From: Macrostomum lignano
Taxonomy: Eukaryota
NCBI GenBank assembly: GCA_002269645.1
Contig: NIVC01000677.1
Location: forward strand, 248,001-312,000
Direction of reading: 5' to 3'
DNA length: 64,000 bases
The notes below the pieces were generated by a model. It was not told the origin of the DNA and did not search any database. It saw only the letters and a program-made list of their open reading frames with translations. Below are positions 61,441 to 64,000 of this stretch, piece after piece. A program made the translations under genes and the position numbers. Position 1 is the stretch's first letter. Each line of letters opens with the position of its first letter.

Positions 61441-63594
61441 CGTCTATCTCGTCAGTATACTGTCTTTCATCATCAGCAGCAGGGTTAGCGCTGCTGGCTG
61501 TTTGCGCAGTTCGATTATCCCCTCGCTCAGCTGCAGTCGTCAGAGCCCTGAGTCGCAGCCGCGCGAATTTCATCAGCAGGTGCACCGACTGCAGCAGGTC
61601 GATGATGCTGGCAACGCTCCAGCCCAGGTAGAGTCCAACTAGGCCGCCAATGCTGCTCAACAAGCTCAGCACACTGTCCTTGTAGTTCTCCTCCGATACC
61701 TGCACCTTGTTGGAAGCCTGGCGCACCTGCAGCTTAACAAAGTTTGAGCCAATCACTCTGGATAGCTTGGACAGCAGGCTCAGCTGTGTTGCGTTGAGTT
61801 CAGTGCTCAAGGAACCGATCTGGTCGTTCAGCGACATGATGTAGCTCAGGCCAATTATCTTCATTCCATAGAGTTTCTGCACCTCCGCCTGCCTCTTTGG
61901 CAGTAGAGAGCGGACCATGGCCTGAGTGTTGGTCTCGAGGGGCCACTTAGTGCCAGACACTTTCACTTCGTAGTAGCGCTTGCTGCATGGCTCCTGACAG
62001 TGCTCAGTGCTCACGTTGAGGTATTCTAGCGACTGAAAACACTGACTGGTCTTGGTGTAGTTTGGACTGCTCAAGTTCATGCACACGGGCAGCTGAGATC
62101 TCTGCTCGTCAACCGGCAGAATCGGGTCACGACAGCTGCAGCTGTTCTGCAGAAAGTCCATGCGAGCCTGAAGAATGCAGTCTGATTTGGTGAAGCTGAA
62201 CTCTTGCCATTCGGGAACATAGTCAGCGAGTGCGCTGCTTCTGTTGGTTGAGTTGTCGACTCGTTTGTAAACCAGATATCGGATGGTCTCGCTGCTTTTT
62301 GAGCAGGGGCTGGATGCCTTGCTGATGAACTGGTCAGAATGCTCAGCATATGTCAGCACAGTGCTCTGGCCACTGCTCACCATTATCTTGTAGGTTTCGT
62401 GCAAATATTGGTCTGCAAAGTGCGTAGTGAGTCTAAATGTATATAGAATGTTCTATAGCAAGGATCGGCAAACTGTTCACCTCAAGGGCCAGATAGAGAA
62501 CCCAGCGCACGACAGAGGAGGGGGGAGAGGAGAGGGAATAGAAAAAAAGCTCGTACATTAGGAGAAAGGAGAAGAGAGGAGAGATGAAATAGGAGAGGAG
62601 GGAGGAGGAAGGGAGAAGCGAACTGAGAGGAAAAAGAGATGAGAAAAGGCGCAAACATCAAGTGGACCCGGATTGCTATTGTGAAGTTTCAAAGACCCGA
62701 GGGCCGGATAGAGAGGCTTTGCGGGCCGGAGTTCGCCGACCCCTGTTCTATAGGATTCCGTAGGCAATGAACGAGATATGGGGATCTATTCGAATCATGT
62801 ATGGAAGCATAATGGAAGTCTCATTTATTGATCAACTCACCTCGATGCTTTACATAAAGAGCCACCCCAGACGATCTGTCGAACTCCAGAGCCCCGCTAA
62901 GGCTGAGGGCAGACAGCGGAAATCTGTGGTCAAATTTTGCATTCAAATCGCTCGAACCGATCAAGCTCTCTCCGAATAGGACAAATATGGCGTCAACTAT
63001 TGCGGACTTCGGAACGAATCTGTAGCAGTTCAGGTACTCAACACTGTCCACGTGCTCAAAATGGGAATTAGTGCCGCAGTCTCTGTCATTTGGCAGCTGG
63101 CAGCTGAACAGCAGCGTCTCGGCCCAGATGCCCAGCGCCTTTTTCAGCACTTCGCGGCCCAGCGTATGCAGCACAGGCCCAATCCGGCTTGCAGCACCCG
63201 TGCTGGAGCTGCTGAGGTTGGCGCTGATATCTCCGCTAATGCTGCTGGTGACATATTCAGCCGGTATTTTGTTCATCGCTGAATCGAAATACGCCTGGCT
63301 GTAGTCGGCTGTGGTGTAGCTTAATGGCACGTTGCTGCAGAACACCAGATCGGGAAACTGCGCCTGTCGATCACTCTGGACAGTGAGCAACGTTGGATAC
63401 TCGAGGTATTTTTGCACCGTGATCACAATTTGGACGCCTGTGAAGCAAGCCAGGCCGAGGCACATCAATAGGCCGAACGATTGCAGCTGCGGTGGCTTGT
63501 CCAACATCGGCAGGTGCGCCATCAGGCCGACGTCTGACTGAGGCGGCGACGAGGTGGACGGTTGCGAGTCAGACGTCGTTGGTTTGATCTTCAT
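61409..63594 (-). CDS. Degenerin/ENaC-family sodium channel subunit, 2 exons
   Basis: Exons 63594-62841 (TM1, KYLEYP, FPDLVFCSNVP, NCYRF) and 62412-61409 (Cys-rich thumb, KWP, TM2 LLSSIGGLVGLYLGWSVASIID); phase-1 GT-AG intron. Confidence 0.92.
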
Positions 63595-64000
63595 TATTAC
63601 TCTGAAGCAGAGGCGAGGGCCAGCTTGGCAATTAATCACTGGGTGGGTTTTTTATACGCGTGGCTTCACTTCCTCAGCTGAGACCGCATTAGCTGTGACT
63701 TCAGCAAACAGATGCCATTTTCGGATTGTTTTAGGCAGAGTGGAATAGCGCAGGAATAGCCCGAGAATGCCGTGCTATGAGCTGCTGCCGAGATGCCCGC
63801 TGAATCCATTGTTACTTTTAGACAATGAAGCCGGGCAGCCATAGTCAGCATCCAAAGCCCCTACCGATTGGCTACTGGGTCTGCTTTAATCGTCACATAT
63901 TCCAAGCTATATAGTTGACCGTGCTACCAACCGAGCAAAAAGGATACTGGCTGCTGGTCAAATGCTCAGCATATTTGCATCAATTATGAGTATAGTCAGT

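Overview
Gene-dense, intron-containing animal genomic DNA. GC-rich exons with poly-Q/poly-A runs and minisatellite-filled introns resemble a free-living flatworm such as Macrostomum; this is an inference, not proven. Ten gene models are supported by motifs and/or phase-compatible GT-AG junctions: the 3' end of a MiT/TFE (MITF-like) factor, a Tyr-rich orphan, a dynamin-like GTPase fused to a degenerate kinase (DSTYK-like architecture), a PAN+LamG-like protein, a TTLL10-like glycylase, TFIIF-beta (GTF2F2), PCM1, a BRCT-archaemetzincin fusion, SMAD4 and a DEG/ENaC channel. One further Q/P-rich orphan model is weak. Mobile DNA comprises two tRNA-derived SINE families (one with a MIR-like CORE), a foldback Mutator-like element with a 9-bp TSD and a hAT MITE with an 8-bp TSD. 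Most introns carry their own tandem array, and several arrays copy the adjacent splice site. A 2.3-kb stretch has only 4 CpGs, and nine TAGGCCTA palindromes cluster in and just upstream of it. The most novel-looking items are the intact-GTPase/pseudokinase gene, the BRCT-metalloprotease, the splice-site-seeded arrays and the CpG-erased domain. Exon boundaries were read by eye, repeat boundaries are approximate, and no database searches were run.
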